Part shown: positions 21,987 through 33,730 of the stretch, in pieces
Numbering within the stretch: position 1 is the stretch's first letter
Layout: the number at the start of each line of letters is the position of its first letter
Assembly (NCBI GenBank): GCA_032718475.1
Contig: JAUCBJ010005877.1
Span: 1-35,206 of the forward strand
Reading direction: 5' to 3'
Length of the DNA: 35,206 nucleotides
DNA from: Nemertoderma westbladi
Taxonomy: Eukaryota > Animalia > Xenacoelomorpha
Position numbers and translations under genes: made by a program
Notes under the pieces: model-generated
Told to the model about the DNA's origin: nothing
The model's database searches: none
What the model saw: the letters and a program-made list of their open reading frames with translations, nothing else

Positions 21987-22679
21987 ATGGCGGGAGGGCA
22001 AGCGGAAGCCGCTATACAAAACCAACTGGTGAAAGCGGCTGCTATTATGGAAAGCGCGGTGGACGCAGAACTGGAGCGAATGGATAAACTGGACGAGGAC
22101 GACTTAGAACAGCTAAGAGCGAAACGATTGGCAGAGATGAAACGAATGCAATCGATGAAACAGGAATGGTTGAGTAAAGGCCACGGCGTTTACTCGGAGT
22201 TGACCGAGAAAGATTTCTTCGACGAGTGTAAGAAGAGTAAGAACATTGTGATCCACTTCTACCGACCAACGACCGAGAGATGTAAGATTTTCGATATGCA
22301 TCTGAGTAAACTCGCAACCAAATTCATTTCGGTTCGTTTCATGAAGATTGACGCGGAGAAATCTCCCTTCCTTACCGAACGCCTCAAGGTCCACGTCCTT
22401 CCTAGTCTCATCGTCTTCAAGGACAATAAGACTTGCGACATTATCCAGGGGTTCGACGACCTTGGAGGGGTGGATGAGTTCCCTACCGTTATGTTGGAAT
22501 GGCGTCTGGCTCAGTCCGGTGTTATTCCTTACGACGGTGATTTGATGACCCCTCCTTGGCAACCTTCCCATCTTAAGCCCCAGGGTATTTTCTATTCCGG
22601 GCGAAAACAACGTAAAGGCAAGTCTGGAGGGATACGAGAGACTAATGATAGCGACTCGGATAGCGAGAACGATTGGTAG
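21987..22679 (+). CDS. TXNDC9: Thioredoxin domain-containing protein 9 (phosducin-like protein 3), single-exon CDS
   Basis: LRAKRLAEMK, EWLSKGHGVYSEL, HFYR..TERCKIFDMHL, KIDAEKSPFLTERLKVHVLP, GFDDLGG.DEF....LEWRL, acidic SDSD tail. Confidence 0.96.
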   Translation: MAGGQAEAAIQNQLVKAAAIMESAVDAELERMDKLDEDDLEQLRAKRLAEMKRMQSMKQEWLSKGHGVYSELTEKDFFDECKKSKNIVIHFYRPTTERCKIFDMHLSKLATKFISVRFMKIDAEKSPFLTERLKVHVLPSLIVFKDNKTCDIIQGFDDLGGVDEFPTVMLEWRLAQSGVIPYDGDLMTPPWQPSHLKPQGIFYSGRKQRKGKSGGIRETNDSDSDSENDW

Positions 22680-24943
22680 GTTGCATTCCTAACTTTCTAT
22701 CTCGTGTTAGTTTGCGCGTTTATGTGTTAGTTTGTGCGTTGTTGATTTGATAGTTTCATATGTCTTTATTTATATGTGAATATTTTTTTTAAAGTAAACG
22801 ATTTGATTGTGATACGGTACACTTACGTTGTTGAGAATGTCCATGTACCGATGTGATGTAACGTTTATTTCAATATATTTTATAAAGAAACTAAGCATTA
22901 GCAACTTAATTCGACCAAACTATTTTATTTTTCCCCCTCAACTCCCTCAGACTGGATGTATCACGCGTCGTAAATAACAGTAGCTGATGCATGCTGAGGA
23001 GTCTAAAGTGGCCGCATTTGAGAAATTTTTATAATAAATCTTAAAATAAATCAGTTTTTAAATCAATCAACTTCTTTTATCAGTTTATCAGCAGATAAAA
23101 TTACTTATTTCTGTAAATGCGGACAAAAAGTAGTTAACCAATCAAGCGTCCGCAACTGCGGTTAAAAGTAAAGAAATATAATATGCAATGTTCGAATTAT
23201 TTATACTATTCCCTATAGTTCCAGTAGTCATATTGTTTTGGCGAACTTGGAAAGTGGTTACAAAGTTTTTCTCTCATCCAAAGGAAAGGTTTATCAAATT
23301 TTTATTTTAGCTTCAATTTATTAATTAGATTGCAATCAATATGCATACATCGATGTTTCAATTCAACAGATAATGTTCATCGGATGATTAAATGGCTGTT
23401 CCTATGTATGAATTCGTGTGGCAGTGGCAGTTTAACTGTAACACATCAACAATATGCAAAATATCAAGCAAGATGTACTGTACCGTGCCGTATAAGTACA
23501 CCAATAAACATGGAGCTAAGGGTGTGAGGGTAAGCGAGTGCCATATACAATTTTAGCTATAAAAATCTGTTTGATTTGGTAATGATTTATGAGTATCAAA
23601 TATGTTTATGTGCTACTTGTATTTTTCGTGCCACATTGGGACATATCCAAAATGCTATAATCAAGAAGGTACGATACATTTCGGTGTCATATTCATGATC
23701 AGCCTTAGTGACCCAGGGTTCATAACAAATGACCCCAAATGTTCTCGAATTTTATATTTGAGTTCTATAATCGTCATCCAAAAAACCTCTAGGCCTAGGT
23801 AGGCCTATATACCGCAAATAAATGTATTATTGCAAGCCAAAAAAACCTTTTGAAAATTGTAGCACGAAAAATATGGGAATGGTTGCCAGAGAATGGGACA
23901 ACAGCTCGAAAACAAACATCGTTATATAATTGCCGTTTGCGCTGTTCTGTTTCTGTTAACAAGTTGTATCGTGATCAGCGACCTCGAAAACCACTTTAGT
24001 TTCAGAATTATCCAAACAAATTCAATATTTGGCAGTTTGCCCTCTATTTGTATTTTTCGTTACACCAACAAGCACCAAAAACTATGTTTGCGACACCACT
24101 AAATTTTTTTAATGAGTTGTATAGTCGGCGATCTTGAAAACCAGTGGAGTCAACCAAAGGCGAAATGTAACAGTAACAATTAAAGTTCAAATTGTTGCTT
24201 CTTGTACTTTTTCGTCCAGCAGGGGCACCAACCATGATAGTTGCATGATAAGAAATATGTTTAACTAGTTTCATTCTGATCCTTTGAAACTTAATTTTTC
24301 AGTCAAGTTCTAAAAAAATTCTAAAAATTTCCTATTAAAATAATATTTATTACAGTTGCATTATAATCACGACTCCAATGGATAGTTTAATGTTGTTAAA
24401 ATTATATGATAATGTATTGGAGTGTCACAGTGAATTTAATGGCAATGTATGAAAATGGTGAGATTACAGTGCAGCAGTGTGAAAGTGCCACATTGTACAC
24501 AGTATTTGGAAATTGTACGCGATGACAACTTTTCATGTTTGATAAATCACTACAAAATATAAAAGAGAAGAGACCTACATAGACATTTTTAGACAATAGA
24601 CATAATGCACTACATATAATAATGCGACTTTACAAACCTAAAAAACCAACTGACAGTTACCTAAAAAAACAGTTCAAATGAGTAAATGTTAATATTTATA
24701 ATAAAAGTCTCAATTACAATAACCATCAATGCAATTATTTATAAACCTAATTAAAGTACAAAATGTTTATGACTTGACTGCACATGCATTATTGCTTTGC
24801 ATAGTGTTTGAGGATTGAAGGTCCTTAATAAACTATTAGGAGTTAAAATGATTATAAAGCATTATTAAAACGAATTAAAATTATATTCATTGCATCTGAA
24901 TCATTGCATATAATAAAAAACTCCTAGTTTAATTCCTGCACTA

Positions 24944-26545
24944 TTACTCGCCTTTGTTAACTGCACTTTTAAGCAGAGCGATGGTTTTACACAAGTTCTT
25001 GTGAATCCGCCAATCCTTTCGCTGACAGGCGCCATTGCAGTAGCGGACAGATTGACATTGACTGCAGCGTAGCAGCGCTATCTTGCTGGATTCACTGCGC
25101 CCACATGCGGAACAGCACCGGGCATCCTCAGGGGCCTGGGGTTGATGGGAAACCGGTTGTGTTTCCGGATGACTCACCGGACGCTGCACCGTGCCCTCAC
25201 AACCCGACAGACCCATTCCATGCGCCGCCATTATAGACTCGATTCGTTTTGGAAGATTCTTCTCGAACTCATACATAAATGGAATGACTTCAGCTATAGT
25301 TCCCCCCTCAGGGCACTCCCCTGGTCTCTGGGCAGCGATTATCTCGTAGACGAAGTCGACCAGCTCCTTCCCTGCCGCTGAACCCCCAGCAGACAGTCTA
25401 GGGTCCAGTCCCTTGATCAACCGACTGCGTATATACTCCGCCTGGGTGCCCCACAGCACGCCGTCCGAGTCGCGAGGCTGGTCATTGGGACCCACACAGT
25501 AAGTGACCGCAGGATGGGAACTTTTGTCCTCCAAATCGAAGCCGAAACGAGAGAGAAATTCATCGAAATGATTTGTGTCCAATAGATAAACGATGTCGTT
25601 CTTCATGTCAATAAGACTGGTGTAAAAAAGAGCTTTACCTAGAGATTTAAGATTCGGGTCAGACGATACCAGGTCATTGTAAGCTTTGCCGACTTCACCT
25701 GCAAAGTCGGGTTCTGGGACGTCTTGAAGTTTCCTGTTAAGGAGCACTGAAAAAACATGAAGGTCCATTGATTTGAACAAAAGAGCGAGAAATATTGACC
25801 AAAACACAGCTGGCCAGTGACCCATGTCCTCCTCCCATTCAACCACCCCAATGTTAAGCCAACTTGATCCTGAAGATATAAATTGTGCACTTATCCCAAT
25901 ACCCATCTCTTGTGGAGGAAATCTGGGGGCTGGGTGTTCAATAAATCGAACCACCGATATAGACAGGCAGTCGATGCCTTTGAGGAAATGGGGTTTAATT
26001 TCACCGGGTAATAAGGGATCGATGAAAAAGAAGTGAGACAGCGCATGCATAATGGATGCTGGTATATTTTGAAGGGCGACATTGGGGTCAGTAAGGGGTG
26101 TTTCATTGGCATCATCAATGGATGGTTCTTTGGGTTTATCAAGGACTAGCTCTTCAGTTGAATCCGAGACTGGCTCATGGTGTTTTTCACTAGCCATCTC
26201 ATTTACTTTGGTGTTTTGAGGTTCAGTGGTAGATTTATCCTTGAATACCGGTAGCTCATTTGATCCATTAACAAGACTCTCTTTGTGATCATCATCAGTA
26301 GCATCACGTCTATCCAGAAAACTATTTTCCATAATAACACTGTTGTGACACGATGTATGATTAGTCGGGATATCTACTAGGTCGTGTTCATTAATCTTCG
26401 GATTTATATTTTCCTTGTCTAGGTCAAGATGTTGAATATGTTCTGCCTGTTTACAATTTCTTACATGTTCTCTTGGATCAGTCTCTTGCTCTATATGTTC
26501 ATGTTTTTGATCCTTACAATCACTCTGAGCTTGACCATCAGACAT
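24944..26545 (-). CDS. MYND zinc-finger protein, 533 aa, single-exon CDS
   Basis: C-terminal CSACG...RCSQCQSVRYCNGACQRKDWRIHKNLC is a MYND finger. Acidic disordered N-terminus and an unrecognised central domain. Confidence 0.9.
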   Translation of the reverse strand: MSDGQAQSDCKDQKHEHIEQETDPREHVRNCKQAEHIQHLDLDKENINPKINEHDLVDIPTNHTSCHNSVIMENSFLDRRDATDDDHKESLVNGSNELPVFKDKSTTEPQNTKVNEMASEKHHEPVSDSTEELVLDKPKEPSIDDANETPLTDPNVALQNIPASIMHALSHFFFIDPLLPGEIKPHFLKGIDCLSISVVRFIEHPAPRFPPQEMGIGISAQFISSGSSWLNIGVVEWEEDMGHWPAVFWSIFLALLFKSMDLHVFSVLLNRKLQDVPEPDFAGEVGKAYNDLVSSDPNLKSLGKALFYTSLIDMKNDIVYLLDTNHFDEFLSRFGFDLEDKSSHPAVTYCVGPNDQPRDSDGVLWGTQAEYIRSRLIKGLDPRLSAGGSAAGKELVDFVYEIIAAQRPGECPEGGTIAEVIPFMYEFEKNLPKRIESIMAAHGMGLSGCEGTVQRPVSHPETQPVSHQPQAPEDARCCSACGRSESSKIALLRCSQCQSVRYCNGACQRKDWRIHKNLCKTIALLKSAVNKGE

Positions 26546-26972
26546 ATTTCTGTTCTGCAGGACTAGTTAAGATAAACGTACCGGTAAAATATTTCCTACC
26601 GGTACTGTATTAACAATTTACAGATCAGGGACTGAGGTAAAAAATATGCTCTGTATAATAAATAAACCTAAATTAAATTAACATAAAGGGAATTTCCGGT
26701 TTGGGGGGCACTGAAACGCTAAAAAACGCATGTGTTTAAAACACTTGTCTGGTGGGAAAACACTTAGAAAATTGTTCTCATATTAATTTCTACATTGTCT
26801 ATATATGAAAAGACTCTGATATTTTTCTAAAATTTCCCAGGTTCCTTGGGAAAATACCGGGAAAAAATGCGGGAAATTTTTTTCACAATCTTTAGTCTAT
26901 TCAACATTTTTTTTCGAATATTTATTAGCCTACAAGTACAGATGTACTGCATCGTACCGCTATGCGCTATGT

Positions 26973-28040
26973 ATGAAAATGACTTTTGTGGACTTCAAGA
27001 AGGCATTTGACTCCATCCATAGAGGTAAAATGCTTGAAATCCTAAGAGCTTATGGAATACCAGAAGTAATTGTTGCTGGCATTGGGTTGTTATATTGTGA
27101 CACAGAAGCGCAGGTACTCTCACCAGATGGTGAAACTGAGTTTTTCTCCATCCTGGCTGGCGTACTGCAAGATGATACATTAGCACCATTACTATTTGTA
27201 ATTGTGCTGGATTATGCAATGAGGATGGCCACAAAGGGTGAAGATCTGGGATTCACACTTCAAGAACGCATAAGTAGTAGATATCCGGCAACTACAGTCA
27301 CAGACACCGACTTTGCGGATGACATCGCCCTGCTCTCTAATACACTAGCAGATGCACAGCTTCTACTAAATAAAGTGGAGAGGGCTGCTAAGGAGGTTGG
27401 ATTGCATATAAATGCTACCAAGACCGAATTCATGACCTTTAATGTTGAGGGAAAATTGACAACCATTGATAATAATCAACAAAGGAAGGTCAACGACTTC
27501 CAGTACCTTGGATCATGGATAGAGAGTAGCAAAAAGGACATAGAAGTTAGGAAAGCAAAGGCTTGGGCAGCTCTATAAAAAATGGATACCATCTGGAAAT
27601 AAGATCTCTCCAAGCGCCTTAAGACTAAGTTCTTTCGAGCCACAGTGGAAAGTGTCTTTTTATACGGGGGTGAGACCTGGACACTGACTAAATCACTTGA
27701 ACAACGAATTGATGGTTGCTACACAAGACTACTAAGGGCAGCCCTAAACATCAGCTGGAGACAACACATGACAAACGCTGAGCTTTATGGTACAATACCA
27801 CCTGTATCAACCACCCTCTGTGAACGCAGATTAAGATTCAATGGGCACTGCTGGTGAAGTAAAGATGAGGTCATACCAGATCTACTTCTCTGGCAACCAT
27901 ATCATGGAAAGAAAATATAGATCAACTTGAAGGGATACTGAACTTGGGAGAAACGAAATTGCGACAACTTTGGTAAATCGGGAAGCTTGGAAGGATCTCA
28001 TTTCCACTGTCCGAGTTCGCTCGACCTAGTAGTAGTAGTA
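26973..28040 (+). mobile_element. 5'-truncated, degenerate RTE-like non-LTR retrotransposon (RT C-terminal half and 3' end)
   Basis: FVDFKKAFDSIHR, GVLQDDTLAPLLF, DFADDIAL, GLHINATKT, FQYLGS, LYGGETWTL. Premature stops; (TAG)n tail. Confidence 0.95.
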
Positions 28041-28148
28041 ACTTGAAGTACATTGTTCGAAGACATACTCAAAGGTTGATCATATGATTGCAATCTAAGA
28101 TTATCCGTTAAGTTACCGTACCGTACCAGATTCTGCGGACTTATGGAT

Positions 28149-28571
28149 GGAACGCCATTAGCGCCAATAGTAAGTACAGATTATTTTCTTATTGGTTAGT
28201 AAGTAAGGCTCAATTTTTTCTTATTGGCTGAGAATAAGTGATTCTAATTGTGAAGTTTTAAACAGATTATGATATCGGAATATGGTAGGCCTCTTTGGAA
28301 ACCAAAAAATAAATCATAAATAACCAATATTCTAATAACAAGAAACCATGGGATAAAAGACCGCCATTAGTCATTTACTGGCAAATATTCTTATCCAATA
28401 AGATAAAATCGCTACTTATTCTTGACCAAGAAGAAAAGAATCGCTACTTAACTTACAGACTTACTATTAGCCAATAAGAAAATAATCACTACCTATACAT
28501 AAGATGTGAAAAAATTGCGACATTTACTCTAGTTAGTAGACCAGGGGTGTAATGGCTCTAACGGCGTTCCA
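28149..28571. mobile_element. Old foldback/MITE relic
   Basis: tggaacgccattagcgcca pairs with tggctctaacggcgttcca; gattattttcttattgg pairs with ccaataagaaaataatc. Confidence 0.6.
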
Positions 28572-31186
28572 AACGGACTATTGCAATATTGCCTTTAGAG
28601 TGCAAAATGCGCTTGTTAAAACAGGCTCCATGCTGTTACAAGCGATCTTCTCGTTCAAATTGCGCTAACTAAAGTTTTGAATAAAACAACATCCCTACCA
28701 AGACTGCAAGATGCCAGGTTGCACTGATTAAGGACAAGATGAAGGTTGTCCCACAACTCATGGACCTTCGACGCAATAAAAATGAATCTCTCTCCAGGTT
28801 AAATTCGACGCAAATAACAACTGACTTTTCCCAAAAATAAAACTGTAACCTGTTCTATTGACATTAGTTTAGAGTTTTGGTATATAATTTAGAAATTGAG
28901 AATTTAGCATTAAAGCGGGATATTAGGCCTAATTGATGTGTTTTCTGGAGTGGGGAATATTTAGTCAGCAATCGTAATAAATAAATAATAACATAATACG
29001 GGTAACCTACTGAAACCTGATAGTACCTGATGGTATTATATAAAGTGACAATATAATAAAATACCTAATAATAAATAGGCATATAAAGTAATTAAAAAAT
29101 AATTAAATTTGTTCTGATCTTTAAACTAAACAAACAATAAAATAATACATAGATAACGCCACTTGATAACGAAGGACTTCAAAAGGACATAACAAAAGCA
29201 AAAGGGACTACATAATTTATAAACACAAAAAATATGGACTGATAGAAAACAATTCATGAAAGCAACAGATAGGCCTATTGAAAAACTAAATCATTTTACC
29301 TATTTTTTTCAAATTATTTTTTTACCTAGGCTTATTAATATTTCGACATCCAGACTGTCAGAATGTCAACTAGCAGACTGGTAGACTGGTAGAGAAAACC
29401 TGAGTTTAACATAAAGGGTTTAACATAAAGGAGCAGGTTACAGTGGTAGCCAGACTGCCAGAAGGAACCAAAACAATAAACGATTAGAATACTGTACAGA
29501 TTAGAATTACAGTACCGGCAGACCGGTAGTTAACAATTGCAGTAGACCTTGCTGCCTTGTGCACGGCAGCACGGTAACTGCATAAAAAATAGGTAAATGA
29601 TTTAAAAAAGTAGGTAAAAAAAAATAATAAAAAAATAGGTAAAAAAAATAGAAAAAATAGGTGAAATGATTAAAAAAAAATAGGTGAAATTATTAAAAAA
29701 AATAGGTAGGAAAAAATATGTTCGATTTTTTACCCCATAATGTGTACCGGTATGTTTATCATTCAAACCAGCAAACTTGTTACCAGTCTGCCAGTAGCAG
29801 TAACAAAAATAACATGGCCGGGAGTCGCTAGCGAAGTCTGGATTTACCGTGTGCCAGTCCTTGCTACTGCAGTACTGAATGATCTACCGCGACCGCCTGC
29901 CTTGATGCCTACACCAGTCTGCCAGTACACCCCTGCTGACCTGTCACCTGTCAGTCTGTACCGTATGTAATGCTGTAATGTACACTACAGCACTAGTCCA
30001 GTAGTCGTAGTTGTTAAAATTAAGTTTACTCTTTGGGAATTTAAATTTCCCGCTATAATGAGGCGTTGTCAACAACCAAGAGCAGCCCTGTTTTTAACAA
30101 TCCTGGCATAGCTAGGCCTGGCACCACTGCATTATAACTACACCCCAACACTACATTTTACACTATAATTTGATAATATACATGTCAGCATGTGGCTGTT
30201 CTGCTGTTGGCAGGATAGTAAAGGAGCAGGTTACAGAGGCGAGTTAGGGGAACCAAAACAATAAACGAAAGTTAACACGTAATACAAGATCATGTATATC
30301 AGTATATATAAGTGCTGGGGTGTCCTTATAATGCAGTAATGCGGCTAGGAATATAGGCCTACACATATCTCATTAAAAACAGGTCGGGATGTTACTGTTG
30401 TTGTTAATGTTTTTACAAGTTAGAGATTATCGAACATTACATAAATCATCAATCATCCCTCAACAATGATTTATATTTCGCCAACATACGGTAATAACGA
30501 CAGCGACAGACAGCCACTTTCTCAAACGTCTAAACTCTCTGAAAGTAAGTTTAGAGCGAATCAATTCACAAATATTTGACCTACAGTTAGTTGGGATTTA
30601 ACGCACGAGATAATAACGCGCGATGATGATTTTAAAACATTCGAGATACACATGGAGACATGAGAACTCGTAGCCGGAACCAATCTAGATTCGGCGCAGT
30701 ATCAGATTATGTGAAATTTTGACAGTATTATTTCTACATGTGATATTAGGCACTTACCTGCCTATACAGCATACACGAGTGGGGCATTCGTGCAGCAAAA
30801 GCTGCTTGTCATCTTTAGCGAACAATTTATTATAATTATAGGGCCTACTACGCAGTATAGCGAGTTATATCTTGGCTTCCGACACTTAAATTTTCGCAAT
30901 AATTTTTATTGTCCGTTTAAATCCTTTTTTTGTCCTTTTTTTTTTATTTTTTATGTCCTCCAAAAGTCTAATGTTAGGTTCCATGCTACCGGTTTCTCTA
31001 CTGCTGTTCTCTCAGGCTATCAGTACCGGTATTAGTATATATAGCACTATTTTGCTGTATTGTATGTACAGATAGGTATAAAGCAGGTATTTCTGTATTT
31101 TAGTACCGGTACCGGCACCGGTACTGCTGTAGGCCTACTGTGTAGCCTACCATTTAAATACGGTACTGGTAGGCCAAACGGCTGAC

Positions 31187-32730
31187 CGGTTGTTTTGGTT
31201 AGAAAATCCCGCCTCTGTAACCTGCTCCTTTCCCCCGCCTCTGTAACCTGCCCCTTTCCCTCAATTAGTTAAATGATCGTTTATTGTTTTGGTTAGAAAA
31301 TCCCGCCTCTAACCTGCTCCTTTCCCTCAATTAGTTAACTGATCGTTTATTGTTTTGGTTAGGAAATCCCGTCTCTGTAACCTGCTCCTTTCCCTGATTT
31401 GGTAAAGTGACTGTTTATTGTTTTGGTTAGAAAATCCCGCCTCTGTAACCTGCTCCTTTCCCTGAATTGGTAAAGTGACCGTTTATTGTTTTGGTTAGAA
31501 AGGCCCGCCTCTGTAACCTGCCCCTTTCCCTCAATTAGTTATACAGTACAGGCCACCAGAAAACGCAGATTTCATCCAATGTGATCACATGTGAACACAT
31601 TTGTTCAAGTCATCTGATTGGCAGGTTATGGCGAGTTATCTTCTAGATCACACAGCAGGAGGCTAACTTGCTGGGACCGACAAAGGCTTAGTGTGCGGTG
31701 CGCCTGTATGTCTGATATCAGGTAGATGAGAGAGCCCCCAGGGCGTAACATTGCGGACATGGGCTGTATTGGTAGAGAGAGAACTACATACAAGACCACA
31801 TGGAGGTTCATGAGGTGTATGGGAGTGGATGGGTATATGGATGGAGGAGCCTAGACCATTGAATAATTAATTTAGTGCAGGGAGATGTCGCGCCATTAGT
31901 CTGACACCGAGAGGGCACAGAGAAACACCACAAGATGCCTTAACATCACTAACTATAGGCCTGCCTACTAGACACTATTAACCGCACACTATAAAGGTAA
32001 ACAAAATCCATATCGCATTTCCAGCTGCAGTGAGTGACAGTTCGCGGCAAACTACAGAGAGTTTCCAGATTACTAAGCGTTTCAAAAGTATTCAATTGTA
32101 TCCTTTGGCGAAAAAATTGTGGTTGTTGCCAATTCAATTATGTTCAATTATGTTCAATTGTCCCGTTCAACAACATTACATTACACTGGTACACATTTGA
32201 TAAAATGTGTTCACAATTGTACAAATCTGCGTTTTCTGGTGGCCTTTACTGTATGATCGTTTATTGTTTTGATTAGAAAATCCCGCCTCTGTAACCTGCT
32301 CCTTTCCCTCAATTAGTTAAGTGATCGTTTATTGTTTTGGTTAGAAAATTCCGCCTCTGTAACCTGTCCCTTTCCCTCAATTAGTTAAATGATCGTTTAT
32401 TGTTTTGGTTAGAAAATTCCGCCTCTGTAACCTGTCCCTTTCCCTCAATTAGTTAAATGATCGTTTATTGTTTTGGTTAGAAAATCCCGCCTCTGTAACC
32501 TGCTCCTTTCCCTCAATAAGTTAAGTGATCGTTTATTGCTTTGGTTAGAAAATCCCGCCTCTGTAACCTGCTCCTTTCCCTCAATTAGTTAAGTGATCGT
32601 TTATTGTTTTGGTTAGAAAATCCCGTCTCTGTAACCTGCTCCTTTCCCTGATTTGGTAAAGTGACTGTTTATTGTTTTGGTTAGAAAACTCGGCCTTAAC
32701 CTGCTCCTTTCCATCAATTGGTAATTGTTT
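31187..32730. repeat. 68-bp satellite array (~12 units) split by a transposon insertion
   Basis: Unit ttagaaaatcccgcctctgtaacctgctcctttccctcaattagttaagtgatcgtttattgttttgg at 31187-31541 and 32254-32730. Confidence 0.95.
31544..32251. mobile_element. Non-autonomous Tc1/mariner (pogo/Tigger-like) element inserted in the satellite
   Basis: TA-cagtacaggccaccagaaaacgcagattt ... aaatctgcgttttctggtggcctttactg-TA. Removing it restores a satellite unit. Confidence 0.9.
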
Positions 32731-33671
32731 TTGGCTATAAAATGAGTGTTTTGCTACGTCATGTGGTAATCGATTATCGACAACAACCACAAACTATTAA
32801 ATATAGAGTCTTTTTACCACAGGCGCATATGGAAATCTATCTCATAGTCTATAAATCATGGAATAATGGAATGTTTTGGCACAAGCATAGTGAAATCAAC
32901 TGTCTGACAGTCCAGAAATCAGCAGTCTGACAGTTTGAGGAAATACATACATAAAAAGTCATTAAAAGCCTGCTTCAATCAAGTGTTGTGGATATTGTAT
33001 AGTCTTGGTTTATTTTTAATTATACTGTATATCTATCACTTGAATGAATAAGAGTAACCACAATAATGAATCAAACCTCGGTATATTTTATATACTGTAG
33101 TAACCCTAACAACACCAATATCAATCCCGTATAATGATAAAGCGCTGACAGATAGTCAGCTCGTTTACCACTTGATAACCAACACAGTGTGGTATAGGGC
33201 CGAGCTTATGAGAAATCAATAAACACCTTTGTAATAATCATCCAATAACCATCCCCATAATGTCTACCACTACAATATATTGTTTCCTACAATACAAATT
33301 TGCACCCTCTTTGGCTATGCTACTATATCAAGGTAGGTCCTAATCCTTTACGTACAGTATAGTAGTTACTTAGTTCTTATCCACACCACACGACACCATA
33401 CCCTCTTTTTTGTTCACATCTTTTAATCACTACCACGTTGGGGGGTTGTTTTTTCCCTCTTCAGAATAGCAAACAGGATTACCTACTGTAACTAGGCTAG
33501 ACTTCCCCAATGCCGTACTCGCGAACATAGCCTTTATTCTCTATCTTCACGCCATTATTCGTATCTCTCGCCCTCCGTTATCGCGTTCCACCCTACTGTA
33601 CTATTGACGTAGATGATATACAAGCTTGCCAGCCGTGAGCGGGCAATAATGGACGGGACGGATCCAGACGG

Positions 33672-33699
33672 ATATAGAGTCATTTTCTGATGACACGGA

Positions 33700-33730
<31 letters not shown>

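Noticed and set aside
22900-24900. Short ORFs between TXNDC9 and the MYND gene
   Set aside because: All under 80 aa, AT-rich and without motifs; probably decayed repeats or UTR sequence.
31626-32276. Short ORFs inside the Tc1/mariner-like element as a possible transposase
   Set aside because: No HTH or DDE/D motifs recognised.
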